Positions 1 to 9,118 of a stretch of 64,000 bases of DNA are shown here, piece after piece. The first letter of the stretch is position 1, and every line of letters begins with the position of its first letter. The stretch is from an uncultured Bacteroidales bacterium. Lineage in GTDB: Bacteria > Bacteroidota > Bacteroidia > Bacteroidales > FEN-979. Both the position numbers and the translations under genes were made by a program. The notes beneath the pieces were generated by a model. It was not told the origin of the DNA. It saw only the letters and a program-made list of their open reading frames with translations, and ran no database searches. Location of the stretch: positions 37,640 through 101,639 of the forward strand of contig CAIRDP010000062.1 of NCBI GenBank assembly GCA_903877385.1, written 5' to 3'.

Positions 1-586
1 CGCCCCGGCTCATGAACCTCATGATGAGGAACCATGCGCCTACAAGTATGATGATAGGCAGGAGATACCCCAGGATATCGCCAAAAAGGTCTTTCCGTGT
101 CTCTGTCCCCGGGGGATAAGGAAACTGTTTCTTGAATTCAGCTATTTTAACTTCGGCAACACTGTCATGCCTCATATGGGAGGCGATGGAATCACGGGTG
201 TCCTTAAGCAGGCCGTAAAAAATATCAACGCTGTTGATCTCGTATGAGAACTGGGGATTGCCGCTGTTAAATGCAGATCCCAGGCCTTTTTTGTTGAATT
301 GCTTATACGCGGTATCGCTCTGTATCTTGTCCTTCTTGATGTAAATCTCGGCCTTTTCCTTGTTCACCACAACGATCTTCTCCACGTCCTGCTTGCGGAG
401 CATCTCTTCAAACTTTGTATAATCAATAGGTTTTACAGGGTTGGTATAGTTAAATACCTGTAAGGCAATAAATCCCACAAGCAGTATCCCGTAAATCCAG
501 TAGAAGCTGAATTTAGGCTTCTTGCCTTTGGTAGGATTAAAATTAGGTTTGAAATTACCTTTGCTGTTATTATCTTTTTCTGCCAT
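1..586 (-). CDS. ftsH: ATP-dependent zinc metalloprotease FtsH, N-terminal part (runs off window start)
   Basis: Hand translation from ATG at 586: MAEKDNNSKGNFKPNFNPTKGKKPKFSFYWIYG..., TM1, periplasmic domain, TM2 (LLPIIILVGAWFLIMRFMSRG). rsfS-ftsH order is typical of Bacteroidota. Absent from the ORF track. Confidence 0.85.
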   Translation of the reverse strand, partial: MAEKDNNSKGNFKPNFNPTKGKKPKFSFYWIYGILLVGFIALQVFNYTNPVKPIDYTKFEEMLRKQDVEKIVVVNKEKAEIYIKKDKIQSDTAYKQFNKKGLGSAFNSGNPQFSYEINSVDIFYGLLKDTRDSIASHMRHDSVAEVKIAEFKKQFPYPPGTETRKDLFGDILGYLLPIIILVGAWFLIMRFMSRG

Positions 587-624
587 TCTGTCGTTTACCT
601 TCAATGAAATTTAATGGATCCCTG

Positions 625-996
625 TCATTCTTCAATGTTCACGACCCGGGCATCGGCCCATAAAGTCTCAAGGTTGAAGAACTTACGCTGTGCTTCCTGG
701 AAAATATGAACCACTACGTCAATATAGTCTATCAAAATCCATTCCGCATTTTCAACACCCTCTTTATGCCAGGGATTTAATCCGGTCTGTAACTTGACCC
801 TTTTGACAACTTCATCGGCAAGTGCTTCCGACTGCGTCCTTGAATTCCCATGGGCAATCACGAATGCATCGCAAACCGAATGCCCCGCTCCTTTAAAGTC
901 AAGGATCAATGGATTTTTTGCTTTTTTTTCAAGCAAAGCTTCCGAAATTGCTTCCAGCAATAGTTCCTGTGCGTCTTTTTTCTTCTTTCTGGGCAT
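625..996 (-). CDS. rsfS: Ribosome silencing factor RsfS (Iojap)
   Basis: Motifs CDAFVIAHG and EG...WILIDYIDVVVHIF...R.FFNLE.LW. Confidence 0.95.
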   Translation of the reverse strand: MPRKKKKDAQELLLEAISEALLEKKAKNPLILDFKGAGHSVCDAFVIAHGNSRTQSEALADEVVKRVKLQTGLNPWHKEGVENAEWILIDYIDVVVHIFQEAQRKFFNLETLWADARVVNIEE

Positions 997-1028
997 CTGG
1001 TATGCTATAATGAGACAAAGGTAAGCAA

Positions 1029-1739
1029 TTAAAAATTAGGTTTCAAAGCATATGTTTTGTAAAAGTCGGTGATGTATTTCACGGCTTCCTCGGCAGTGTC
1101 TACAACGGTGAAAAGGTCAAGGTCCTGGCTCGCGATCATATTTTCCCCTAACACCATTTTGGTGATCCATTCGGTAAACCCCTGCCAGTATTCCCTGGAT
1201 AACAGTACGATCGGGAACCTCACAAGCTTGTGGGTCTGTATGAGGGTGATGGCTTCGGTAAGCTCATCCAGGGTCCCGAATCCCCCCGGCAAAGCGATGA
1301 AACCCATTGAGTAACGCATGAACATGGTTTTACGTACATAGAAAAAGTCAAAGTTCAGAAGCCTTGTCCTGTCGATAAAGGGATTGGGCTTCTGTTCGAA
1401 AGGTAGTGAAATGTTCAGTCCCACCGATTTGCCCCCTGCGAAATGGGCTCCTTTGTTTGCCGCTTCCATAATACCGGGACCTCCCCCGGTTATTACCCCG
1501 AAACCGTTCTTGGTGAGAAGGTACGCGACTTCCTCGGCAAGGCGGTAATACTTGTTGCTTTCGTTCATCCGGGCCGAACCGAAGATAGAAACACAGGGCC
1601 CTATCTTGCTTAATTTGTCAAAACCTTCGACCATCTCCGACATCACCTTGAATATCTCCCAGGTGTCGACCGAGATCGTTTCGCTCCAGCTTTTCGGCTG
1701 GAAGGATTCCTTTAACTGTTCAATGTCCTTGTTTTCCAT
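1029..1739 (-). CDS. LOG family (TIGR00730) Rossmann-fold nucleotide phosphoribohydrolase
   Basis: FGSAR, TGGGPGIMEAANKGA and PGGFGTLDE motifs. Confidence 0.93.
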   Translation of the reverse strand: MENKDIEQLKESFQPKSWSETISVDTWEIFKVMSEMVEGFDKLSKIGPCVSIFGSARMNESNKYYRLAEEVAYLLTKNGFGVITGGGPGIMEAANKGAHFAGGKSVGLNISLPFEQKPNPFIDRTRLLNFDFFYVRKTMFMRYSMGFIALPGGFGTLDELTEAITLIQTHKLVRFPIVLLSREYWQGFTEWITKMVLGENMIASQDLDLFTVVDTAEEAVKYITDFYKTYALKPNF

Positions 1740-1750
1740 AATGTTTAAGT

Positions 1751-1782
1751 AGCGAAGTAGCGAAATAGCGAAGTAACGAAAT
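1751..1782 (+). repeat. Tandem 8-mer array (AGCGAAGT/AGCGAAAT x4), left arm
   Basis: agcgaagt agcgaaat agcgaagt aacgaaat read directly. Confidence 0.85.
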
Positions 1783-1893
1783 AGGCTCTTCGCATTCCTT
1801 GTACCGTAATTTCAATATTTGTTTTCAATGGATCCTCAATAGATAACATTAGAAATATGTAAAAAAATATGATATTCGATCTTTTTATTTTAA

Positions 1894-1917
1894 ATTTCGC
1901 TACTTCCCTACTTCGCT
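1894..1917 (-). repeat. Inverted copy of the 8-mer array, overlapping the uvrA stop codon
   Basis: atttcgct acttccct acttcgct are reverse complements of the left-arm units. Confidence 0.8.
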
Positions 1918-4731
1918 ACTTAATTCCTTCCTCAAATGCATCCCTGTGTAACCCAGGTCCTGCCCCGCCACTTCTTCAGGAGTTCCTTCGCAAATAATCC
2001 GCCCCCCCCTTTCACCTCCGTCGGGCCCCAGGTCGATGATGTAATCGGCAACTTTTATTACTTCCATATTATGCTCGATTACAAGAACCGTATTGCCTTT
2101 GGCAACCAGCTTGTTCAATACACAGAGCAGAACTTTCACATCTTCAAAGTGCAAGCCGGTGGTGGGTTCGTCAAGAATATACAGGGTGTTCCCCGTATCG
2201 GTCTTGCTGAGTTCCGAAGCGAGTTTCACCCTCTGGGCCTCTCCGCCCGAAAGAGTGGTTGATTGCTGCCCCAGGGTGATGTAACCCAGGCCGACTTCAT
2301 TCAGGGTGTTTATCTTATTGAGGATCATCGGGATGTTTTCGAAAAATTCAACGGCCTGTTCTATCGTCATATTCAGCACATCGTTGATGGACTTCCCCTT
2401 GAAACGCACTTCCAGGGTTTCCCGGTTGTACCTGTGGCCCTGGCAGGTCTCGCAAAGCACATAAACATCGGGAAGGAAATTCATTTCGATCACCTTTAAA
2501 CCGCCGCCCTTGCAGGTTTCACACCTTCCGCCCTTAACATTGAATGAGAACCTCCCCGGCTGGTAACCCCTGATCTTTGACTCGGGCAGGGATGCGTACA
2601 GTTTGCGGATTTCATCAAAGACCTTGGTGTACGTTGCCGGATTGGAACGCGGTGTGCGGCCGATCGGAGACTGGTCGATCTCTATCACCTTATCAATGTT
2701 TTTTATGCCTTCTATCTTCTCATACGGCAGGGGTTTCATGTCGGATTTATAGAAATGGCGGCTGAGGATGGGATACAGGGTTTCATTGATCAGGCTTGAT
2801 TTCCCGCTTCCGCTTAATCCTGTAATACAGATGAATTTGCCAAGTGGGATGCTGAGATCGACCTTTTTCAGGTTGTTCCCGCTGGCGCCAAAGAGCGAAA
2901 GGGTTTTTCCGTTTCCTGTCCTTCGGCTGTCAGGTACATTGATCTTTTTGGTCCCGTTCAGGTATTGGCCTGTTAGATGACCGTTCTTCATGATCTCAGC
3001 GGGAGTGCCCTGGGCAACGATGCGGCCGCCGTGAACCCCTGCCCCGGGCCCTATATCGATCACATAGTCCGATGCCAGGATGGTTTCTTTATCGTGTTCC
3101 ACTACGATCACTGAATTGCCTGCATCACGAAGGTTCTGCAATGCCCTGATGAGTTTCATGTTGTCGTGCTGGTGAAGCCCTATACTTGGTTCGTCAAGGA
3201 TGTACAGCACCCCGACAAGCTGGGAGCCTATCTGGGTCGCAAGCCGTATGCGCTGGCTTTCGCCTCCCGAAAGGGACCTTGCCGGGCGGTTAAGTGTAAG
3301 GTACCCTATCCCGACATCCAGAAGGAACCTGATCCGGTTCAGGATCTCCCTCACGATCTCGTACGCGATGGTCTTTTTACGCTCATCCAGCTGGTCACTG
3401 AGGTGGTTCATCCAGTCCTCCAGGCTTAACATATCCATCCCCGCGAGTTCCGCTATGTTTTTCCCGCCTATTTTGAACTGCATCGAATCTTTCTTCAGCC
3501 TTGAGCCCTGGCATTCGGGACAGGACATTTTATTCATAAAACTGCTTACCCATTTCATAATACCCGCAGGGGCGGTTTCGGCAGTCTGGGAATTGATAAA
3601 GCTTACAATGCCTTCAAAATTCAGGGAATAGGTGGATGTGATCCCCAGGTAATCATTCTTCACCCTGATCACCTCGTCGGATCCGTAAAGTATAATGTTG
3701 ATGGCCTGTTCGGGGATTTCCCCTATTGGGCTGTTAAGGTCGAAGCCGTATTTTTCGCCAATGGCTTCGATCTGCTTGAAGATCCAGGTATTCTTGTATT
3801 CGCCTAGGGGAACGATACCGCCTTTTTTAATGCTTTTGCCGTTGTCGGGAATGATCTTCTGTATATCGATCTCCGAAATGGTCCCCAGGCCGTTGCACCT
3901 CGGGCAGGCGCCATAAGGGGAGTTGAACGAGAAGGTATTGGGTTCAGGCTCGTCATAGGATATCCCGCTCGTTGGGCACATCAGCATGCGGCTGAAATGC
4001 CTGGCCTTGTCCGCAGAGATATCCAGGACGGTAAGCGAATCCTTGCCCTGTTTCATGGCCGTGTTCACCGATCCTGCAAGCCGTTTTACTGATCCCCGGT
4101 TTACCTGGACCTGGTCGATGACGATCTCAATGTCGTGTATCTTATACCGGTCAAGCTGAATGCCATGGGAGATCTCCCTTACCTCCCCGTCAATCCTTAC
4201 ATTGAGGAATCCCTGTTTGCGTATCTGCTCGAACAGTTCACGGTAATGCCCCTTTCGTCCCTTGACAACCGGCGAGAGTACCAGAACATTGCTGCCTGAA
4301 TATTGAGAAAGGATGAGTTCAACAATCTGCTGCTCGGTGTAACGTACCATCTTTTCGCCCGTGGCGTAAGAATATGCATCGGCAACCCTCGCATAAAGAA
4401 GCCTCAGGAAATCATAAATCTCGGTAATAGTGCCCACCGTAGAGCGGGGATTCCTGCTGGCCGACTTCTGTTCGATGGAGATTACGGGGTTGAGGCCGGT
4501 TATGCGGTCCACATCGGGCCTTTCGAGGCTGCCGATAAACTGCCTTGCATAGGCCGAGAAGGTTTCCATATACCGCCTCTGGCCTTCGGCATAAACGGTA
4601 TCAAACGCCAGGGACGATTTTCCGCTGCCGCTTAAGCCCGTGAAGACCACTAGTTTATTCCTTGGAATGCTCAGGTCGATATTCCTGAGGTTGTGAACCC
4701 TTGCACCGGATATTTCTAACTTGTCTTCCAA
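1900..4731 (-). CDS. uvrA: Excinuclease ABC subunit A
   Basis: Two Walker A motifs (GLSGSGKSS), two LSGGE signatures, zinc fingers, 943 aa, TTG start. Confidence 0.98.
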   Translation of the reverse strand: MEDKLEISGARVHNLRNIDLSIPRNKLVVFTGLSGSGKSSLAFDTVYAEGQRRYMETFSAYARQFIGSLERPDVDRITGLNPVISIEQKSASRNPRSTVGTITEIYDFLRLLYARVADAYSYATGEKMVRYTEQQIVELILSQYSGSNVLVLSPVVKGRKGHYRELFEQIRKQGFLNVRIDGEVREISHGIQLDRYKIHDIEIVIDQVQVNRGSVKRLAGSVNTAMKQGKDSLTVLDISADKARHFSRMLMCPTSGISYDEPEPNTFSFNSPYGACPRCNGLGTISEIDIQKIIPDNGKSIKKGGIVPLGEYKNTWIFKQIEAIGEKYGFDLNSPIGEIPEQAINIILYGSDEVIRVKNDYLGITSTYSLNFEGIVSFINSQTAETAPAGIMKWVSSFMNKMSCPECQGSRLKKDSMQFKIGGKNIAELAGMDMLSLEDWMNHLSDQLDERKKTIAYEIVREILNRIRFLLDVGIGYLTLNRPARSLSGGESQRIRLATQIGSQLVGVLYILDEPSIGLHQHDNMKLIRALQNLRDAGNSVIVVEHDKETILASDYVIDIGPGAGVHGGRIVAQGTPAEIMKNGHLTGQYLNGTKKINVPDSRRTGNGKTLSLFGASGNNLKKVDLSIPLGKFICITGLSGSGKSSLINETLYPILSRHFYKSDMKPLPYEKIEGIKNIDKVIEIDQSPIGRTPRSNPATYTKVFDEIRKLYASLPESKIRGYQPGRFSFNVKGGRCETCKGGGLKVIEMNFLPDVYVLCETCQGHRYNRETLEVRFKGKSINDVLNMTIEQAVEFFENIPMILNKINTLNEVGLGYITLGQQSTTLSGGEAQRVKLASELSKTDTGNTLYILDEPTTGLHFEDVKVLLCVLNKLVAKGNTVLVIEHNMEVIKVADYIIDLGPDGGERGGRIICEGTPEEVAGQDLGYTGMHLRKELSSEVGK

Positions 4732-4745
4732 ATTGAGGAAAAGCC

Positions 4746-5747
4746 TTAGTGGATCTCGTTAATTTTCAAAGTGTCGTGGAAGTATGTTTCGGAAGGAACC
4801 AGGCTTTTCTGAAGCAATTCAGAATTCAAAGCTCCCTCTTTGGGCAGGATGATCTCGTAAGTCTTTTTAAGCTTGTTTGGAAGAGTGTATTTCCTCAGCC
4901 ATGGATTAAAATCGCGGAATACCCTGTAGCTTACCTTGTTCCTGAGGGCGAAAGCCGGGATGTCATGGATGGGTGAGTCAACTTCAATCGTATAAGTGGG
5001 GATTACAGGATAAAAATCACTGGCCCTCAGGTAAAGCCCGTATTTTACGGGACGATTATAGATCTCCTTCAGGGCGACTATCCTGTAGATGTACCTCGAA
5101 GTCTCATCGTTGAGGTAAAGTTCATAAAAACTTTTTGCTTTCTGGTTGTCCACTGCTTCGCTGAGCCCTTCCTGTCCGCGGTTGAAAGATGCTGCAACCA
5201 GGGTCCAGTTGCCGTATTTTTCGTAGGCTTCAAGGAAGTATTTGCATGCAGCTTCAGTAGACTTGGCCACGTTGTACCTTTCATCAACATCATCGTTCAC
5301 TTCAAGGCCATAATGGACGGCAGTGGCTTTAAGGAACTGCCAGAACCCTTCGGCTTTGGATGGGGAAACCGCATTATAGAAATTGCTTTCGGCCAAGGCC
5401 AGGAACTTGAAATCGTCGGGAACCTTGTGCTTTTTAAGTATGGGCTCGATGAGGGGGAACCAGCGGTTGGCCCGTTTGAACATCAGTATGGTGGAGGCAT
5501 GCATGAAGGTGTTGATCATGATTTCCCTGTCGAAGCTCTCTTTCACATAGATGAGTTCAAGCGGCATCTTTTCACCTGCAAAATCAGCCTTTGCCGGGCA
5601 TTCGGGGATGAAAATACGATAGGAACGCTGGGCTACGTCCCGGTAATCTTTCGCGGGATTTTTCTGCTCGAGGACGGCGAACACCAGTAAAGCGGCTATC
5701 ACCAGGATTGCAAGTACGAGAACTGAATATTTAAGGACAGGTTTCAT
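4746..5747 (-). CDS. Lytic transglycosylase (SLT/MltD-like)
   Basis: LALAES catalytic motif, G.WQF, VDER.....STEAAC.Y, AASFN.G; N-terminal membrane anchor. Confidence 0.9.
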   Translation of the reverse strand: MKPVLKYSVLVLAILVIAALLVFAVLEQKNPAKDYRDVAQRSYRIFIPECPAKADFAGEKMPLELIYVKESFDREIMINTFMHASTILMFKRANRWFPLIEPILKKHKVPDDFKFLALAESNFYNAVSPSKAEGFWQFLKATAVHYGLEVNDDVDERYNVAKSTEAACKYFLEAYEKYGNWTLVAASFNRGQEGLSEAVDNQKAKSFYELYLNDETSRYIYRIVALKEIYNRPVKYGLYLRASDFYPVIPTYTIEVDSPIHDIPAFALRNKVSYRVFRDFNPWLRKYTLPNKLKKTYEIILPKEGALNSELLQKSLVPSETYFHDTLKINEIH

Positions 5748-5749
5748 GG

Positions 5750-6292
5750 TCAGAAAGGGCTGGTAAATTCTTTGAAATCAGGTGAGATATGGTCTTTGCC
5801 TGAGACTACAGGGTCTGCGATGCCCCAGTTGATATTCAGGCCCGGGTCGTTCCAGAGAATACTGCCCTCGGATTCCTTGTTATAAACATTGGTACATTTA
5901 TAAAAAAAGATCGTGTCATCTTCGAGGGTGGCAAAGCCATGGGCAAATCCCTGGGGGATCCAGTACATCCATTTGTTCTGGCCCGAGAGTACGATGGATT
6001 CCCATTTCCCGTATGTAGGGGAATCTTTACGGATATCCACGGCTACGTCCAGGACCGACCCCCGCATCACCCTGACCAGTTTTCCCTGGGCAAACGGGGG
6101 TGCCTGGAAATGCAGTCCCCTTAACACCCCTTTCTTTGACTTGGATTCATTGTCCTGGAGAAACTCCAGGTCCAGCCCGAGTTTAAGGAATTTCAAATGG
6201 TTGAAGGATTCAAAGAAATATCCCCTTTCATCTTCAAACACATCGGGTTTGATGATCAGCAGGCCTTCGAGGGGAGTCTTGATGATTTCCAT
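5750..6292 (-). CDS. rfbC: dTDP-4-dehydrorhamnose 3,5-epimerase
   Basis: FEDERGYFFESF, QDNES.S..GVLRGLHFQ, GFAHGF. Start placed at MEIIKTP (6292); the longer ORF runs through an intergenic repeat. Confidence 0.95.
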   Translation of the reverse strand: MEIIKTPLEGLLIIKPDVFEDERGYFFESFNHLKFLKLGLDLEFLQDNESKSKKGVLRGLHFQAPPFAQGKLVRVMRGSVLDVAVDIRKDSPTYGKWESIVLSGQNKWMYWIPQGFAHGFATLEDDTIFFYKCTNVYNKESEGSILWNDPGLNINWGIADPVVSGKDHISPDFKEFTSPF

Positions 6293-6340
6293 ATTGGCTG
6301 ATTGACGGATTGACTGATTGATTGATTGATTAATTTCGCT
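6293..6340. repeat. Degenerate tandem 8-mer array between lpdA and rfbC
   Basis: attggctg attgacgg attgactg attgattg attgatta atttcgct. Confidence 0.8.
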
Positions 6341-6342
6341 GT

Positions 6343-7731
6343 TTATAAATGAATGCATTCCCCGTATGCCTGGGCCACAGCCTCCATGACCGCTTCGCTC
6401 ATGGTCGGGTGGGGGTGAACTGCATCAATGATCTCCCTTCCCGTAGTTTCCAGCTTGCGGGCGGTTACAACCCCCGCTATCAGCTCCGTTACATTTTCAC
6501 CAATCATGTGGGCGCCCAGCCATTCACCGTACTTTACGTCGAAGATCACCTTGATAAAGCCTTCCCTCGCCCCTGAAGCCGTAGCTTTTCCCGAAGCTGT
6601 AAAAGGGAATTTCCCTACCAGTATCTCGTATCCTGCATCTTTTGCGGCCTTTTCGCTCATGCCAACCGAAGCGATCTCCGGGTGGGTGTATGTACACCCT
6701 GGAATGTTACTGTAATCAAGGGGCTCAACATGCTTGCCTGCGATCTTTTCGACGCAGATGATGCCTTCGTGGGAAGCGACATGGGCCAGGGCCGGGCCTT
6801 TGACGATATCGCCAATGGCATAGAAACCTTCAACATTCGTACGGTAAAAGTCATCAGTAACAACTTTGCCTCTTTCCACTGCAATGCCTGTTGCCTCAAG
6901 GCCAATGCCTTCGATATTTGTTGCAACGCCTACGGCGGATAGCACTATATCGGCTTCAATGACTTCCTCGCCTTTCTTTGTCTTTACGGTAACCTTGCAA
7001 CCTTCGCCACTGGTGTCGACCGATTCAACGGAAACACCTGTAAGCACTTTCATCCCTGCTTTTTTGAAGGAACGCTCCAGGGTTTTTGATACTTCCTCGT
7101 CCTCAACAGGAACTATATTGGGAAGAACTTCGATAAGGGTCACTTTGGTGCCGAGCGAATGGTAGAAATATGCAAATTCCGAGCCTATGGCTCCCGAACC
7201 AACAACAACCATACTGCCCGGTTGAACGGCCAGGGTCATGGCTTCACGGTAGCCTATGATCTTTTTTCCATCCTGTTTGAGGTTGGGCAGTTCTTTCGAA
7301 CGGGCGCCCGTGGCTAGGATGATATGTGAGGCTTCATACTCAGTGGCCTTCCCGTTTTCATCGGTGACCTCGACGATCTTTCCCGGCTTCACCTTACCGT
7401 TCCCCCTGAGATGTTCTATCTTGTTTTTCTTAAGCAGGAACTGTATACCCTTGCTCATGGTATCGGCAACCTCACGGCTGCGCCTGATTATGGCAGGGAA
7501 ATCGGCTTTTGCCTCCGGGGCCGTGATGCCGTAATCAGCTGCATGCTGCAGGTACTGGAAAACACTTGCGCTTTTTAACAATGCCTTGGTTGGGATGCAG
7601 CCCCAGTTGAGGCAGATCCCGCCGAGCTCGGCTCTTTCCACAACAGCAACTTTCAACCCAAGCTGGGCTGCACGTATGGCGGCAACGTAACCTCCCGGGC
7701 CGCTGCCTATGACAATGATATCAAACTTCAT
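6343..7731 (-). CDS. lpdA: Dihydrolipoyl dehydrogenase
   Basis: GSGPGGY FAD motif, GGICLNWGCIPTK redox disulfide, HPHPTMSE; start set at MKFDII. Confidence 0.97.
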   Translation of the reverse strand: MKFDIIVIGSGPGGYVAAIRAAQLGLKVAVVERAELGGICLNWGCIPTKALLKSASVFQYLQHAADYGITAPEAKADFPAIIRRSREVADTMSKGIQFLLKKNKIEHLRGNGKVKPGKIVEVTDENGKATEYEASHIILATGARSKELPNLKQDGKKIIGYREAMTLAVQPGSMVVVGSGAIGSEFAYFYHSLGTKVTLIEVLPNIVPVEDEEVSKTLERSFKKAGMKVLTGVSVESVDTSGEGCKVTVKTKKGEEVIEADIVLSAVGVATNIEGIGLEATGIAVERGKVVTDDFYRTNVEGFYAIGDIVKGPALAHVASHEGIICVEKIAGKHVEPLDYSNIPGCTYTHPEIASVGMSEKAAKDAGYEILVGKFPFTASGKATASGAREGFIKVIFDVKYGEWLGAHMIGENVTELIAGVVTARKLETTGREIIDAVHPHPTMSEAVMEAVAQAYGECIHL

Positions 7732-8020
7732 ACTCCTGATTTTTACAATCCGCGAAAGTATGAAAAATAAGGGAGTAAGGCAAGTAATCCTGACCCAAAT
7801 TATCAGCAAAACTGAAGTCAGTAACCCAAATGTTTACCCGGGCGATTAAAGTTTTTATTATCTTTCACTATCTCTCAAATTTAATTGTAATACAGCCTGC
7901 TATAAAGGAATTGTAAATTTAAGTATGTGAATTGTTTAAAAATATTATTTATTTTTGAGAAGCAATTTTCAACATATAATTTCATAAACAAGGCATTTGC
8001 AACGGAGCACCCTGGACAAC

Positions 8021-8149
8021 ATTTTCTTCAAACTCAGGAACAGATCAGGCAGTATCCCGGTTCAAATCATTACCAGGAAATCAGGCAAATACTGTGCTGC
8101 CAAAACCATCGGCTTTGGTCATTGCCGGGCTGGCGTTTCCTTTGAGTAG
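8021..8149 (+). pseudogene. Degraded fragment resembling the N-terminus of an IS1634-family transposase
   Basis: Frame from 8021 reads IFFKLRNRSGSIPVQIITRKSGKYCAAKTIG..., like the MF.RKK.N.SGS.SVQII.K..GKY...KTIG N-terminus I recall for Bacteroidota IS1634 transposases; no ATG, early stop. Confidence 0.5.
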
Positions 8150-8200
8150 GTTGAAAGCAGGAAAATCTTTATGTTAAAAACAATTTTTATATAGCCAGGA

Positions 8201-8335
8201 ATGCCGACAATCAGATATCAGCCAACTGATTATTATTGGGTGGATGAGCTTTTTACCGATGAACATAAACTGTTGCGCAGCGCAGCCAGGGAATGGGTGA
8301 ACCGGGCAAAAGCATATCATCAAAGGTTCCTGTAG
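8201..8335 (+). pseudogene. Truncated acyl-CoA (glutaryl-CoA-like) dehydrogenase N-terminus, 44 aa
   Basis: MPTIRYQPTDYYWVDELFTDEHKLLRSAAREWVNR matches the DYY.LD.L.TDEHKL.R..AR.WV start of Bacteroidota glutaryl-CoA dehydrogenases, then stops. Confidence 0.65.
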
Positions 8336-8345
8336 GTCAATACAG

Positions 8346-8939
8346 ATGAAGATTAAGGATACGGCAGCGATCATACTGGCGGCAGGAATGTCGAAACGGA
8401 TGAATTCTCCCAAAGCCCTCCTGCCTTTCGATGCCCGTCATACGTTTATCGAAAAAATCAGCAGTTCCTACTTTGATTGGGGATGTTCCGAAATAATCGT
8501 GATCGTTAATATTAAGACTGCCTCGCTGGTCAGGCAGCTTGAATCAATGCCCGCGTTGGTTACGCTGATCATCAATGAGCATCCTGAATTCGAACGGTTT
8601 TATTCCCTGAAACTGGGCCTGTCGGCGGTTAAGAGATCGGAATACTGCTTTTTTCAGAACGTGGATAACCCGTTTATTGATGATACAATCCTGGATTTAC
8701 TGTATGCAAGCCGCAGCCCCGATACTTATGTTTCGCCGGTTTTTGAGGAAAAAGGAGGCCATCCCATACTGCTGAACCGGGAAAATATGGATTTTATACT
8801 TAATTTCCAGGCAAATGATGCAAATTTGAAATTTGTCATGAGCTCGATGGATTGCAAAAAAGTTGAGATGCCGAACAGCAAGGTGCTCATCAATATTAAC
8901 TGCCCCGAAGAATATGATCGATTATTTGATTTACAATGA
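8346..8939 (+). CDS. MocA/MobA-like NTP transferase
   Basis: IILAAG.S.RM..PKALL, VD.P, GGHPIL, ININ.PEEY. Confidence 0.88.
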   Translation: MKIKDTAAIILAAGMSKRMNSPKALLPFDARHTFIEKISSSYFDWGCSEIIVIVNIKTASLVRQLESMPALVTLIINEHPEFERFYSLKLGLSAVKRSEYCFFQNVDNPFIDDTILDLLYASRSPDTYVSPVFEEKGGHPILLNRENMDFILNFQANDANLKFVMSSMDCKKVEMPNSKVLININCPEEYDRLFDLQ

Positions 8940-9118
8940 AGTTTGAGGGGATCTTCCGAAGTTAATGCCTGCATTGCCATGCAATGTGATCACTTTCCTT
9001 GTCAATGCTACCCTTGATCATCCAACCGAAGGTGAAGTGCTTGCATATTTCGGGCATATTTTTTTTGTATTTTGCCCGGGAATTATTACTTTTATCTCTT
9101 ACAAAAACCTGAGGAAAT

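Noticed and set aside
8940-9118. SAM riboswitch or leader peptide before the Met/Cys enzyme
   Set aside because: No recognisable SAM-I/II core motifs; the short ORFs here have no recognisable features
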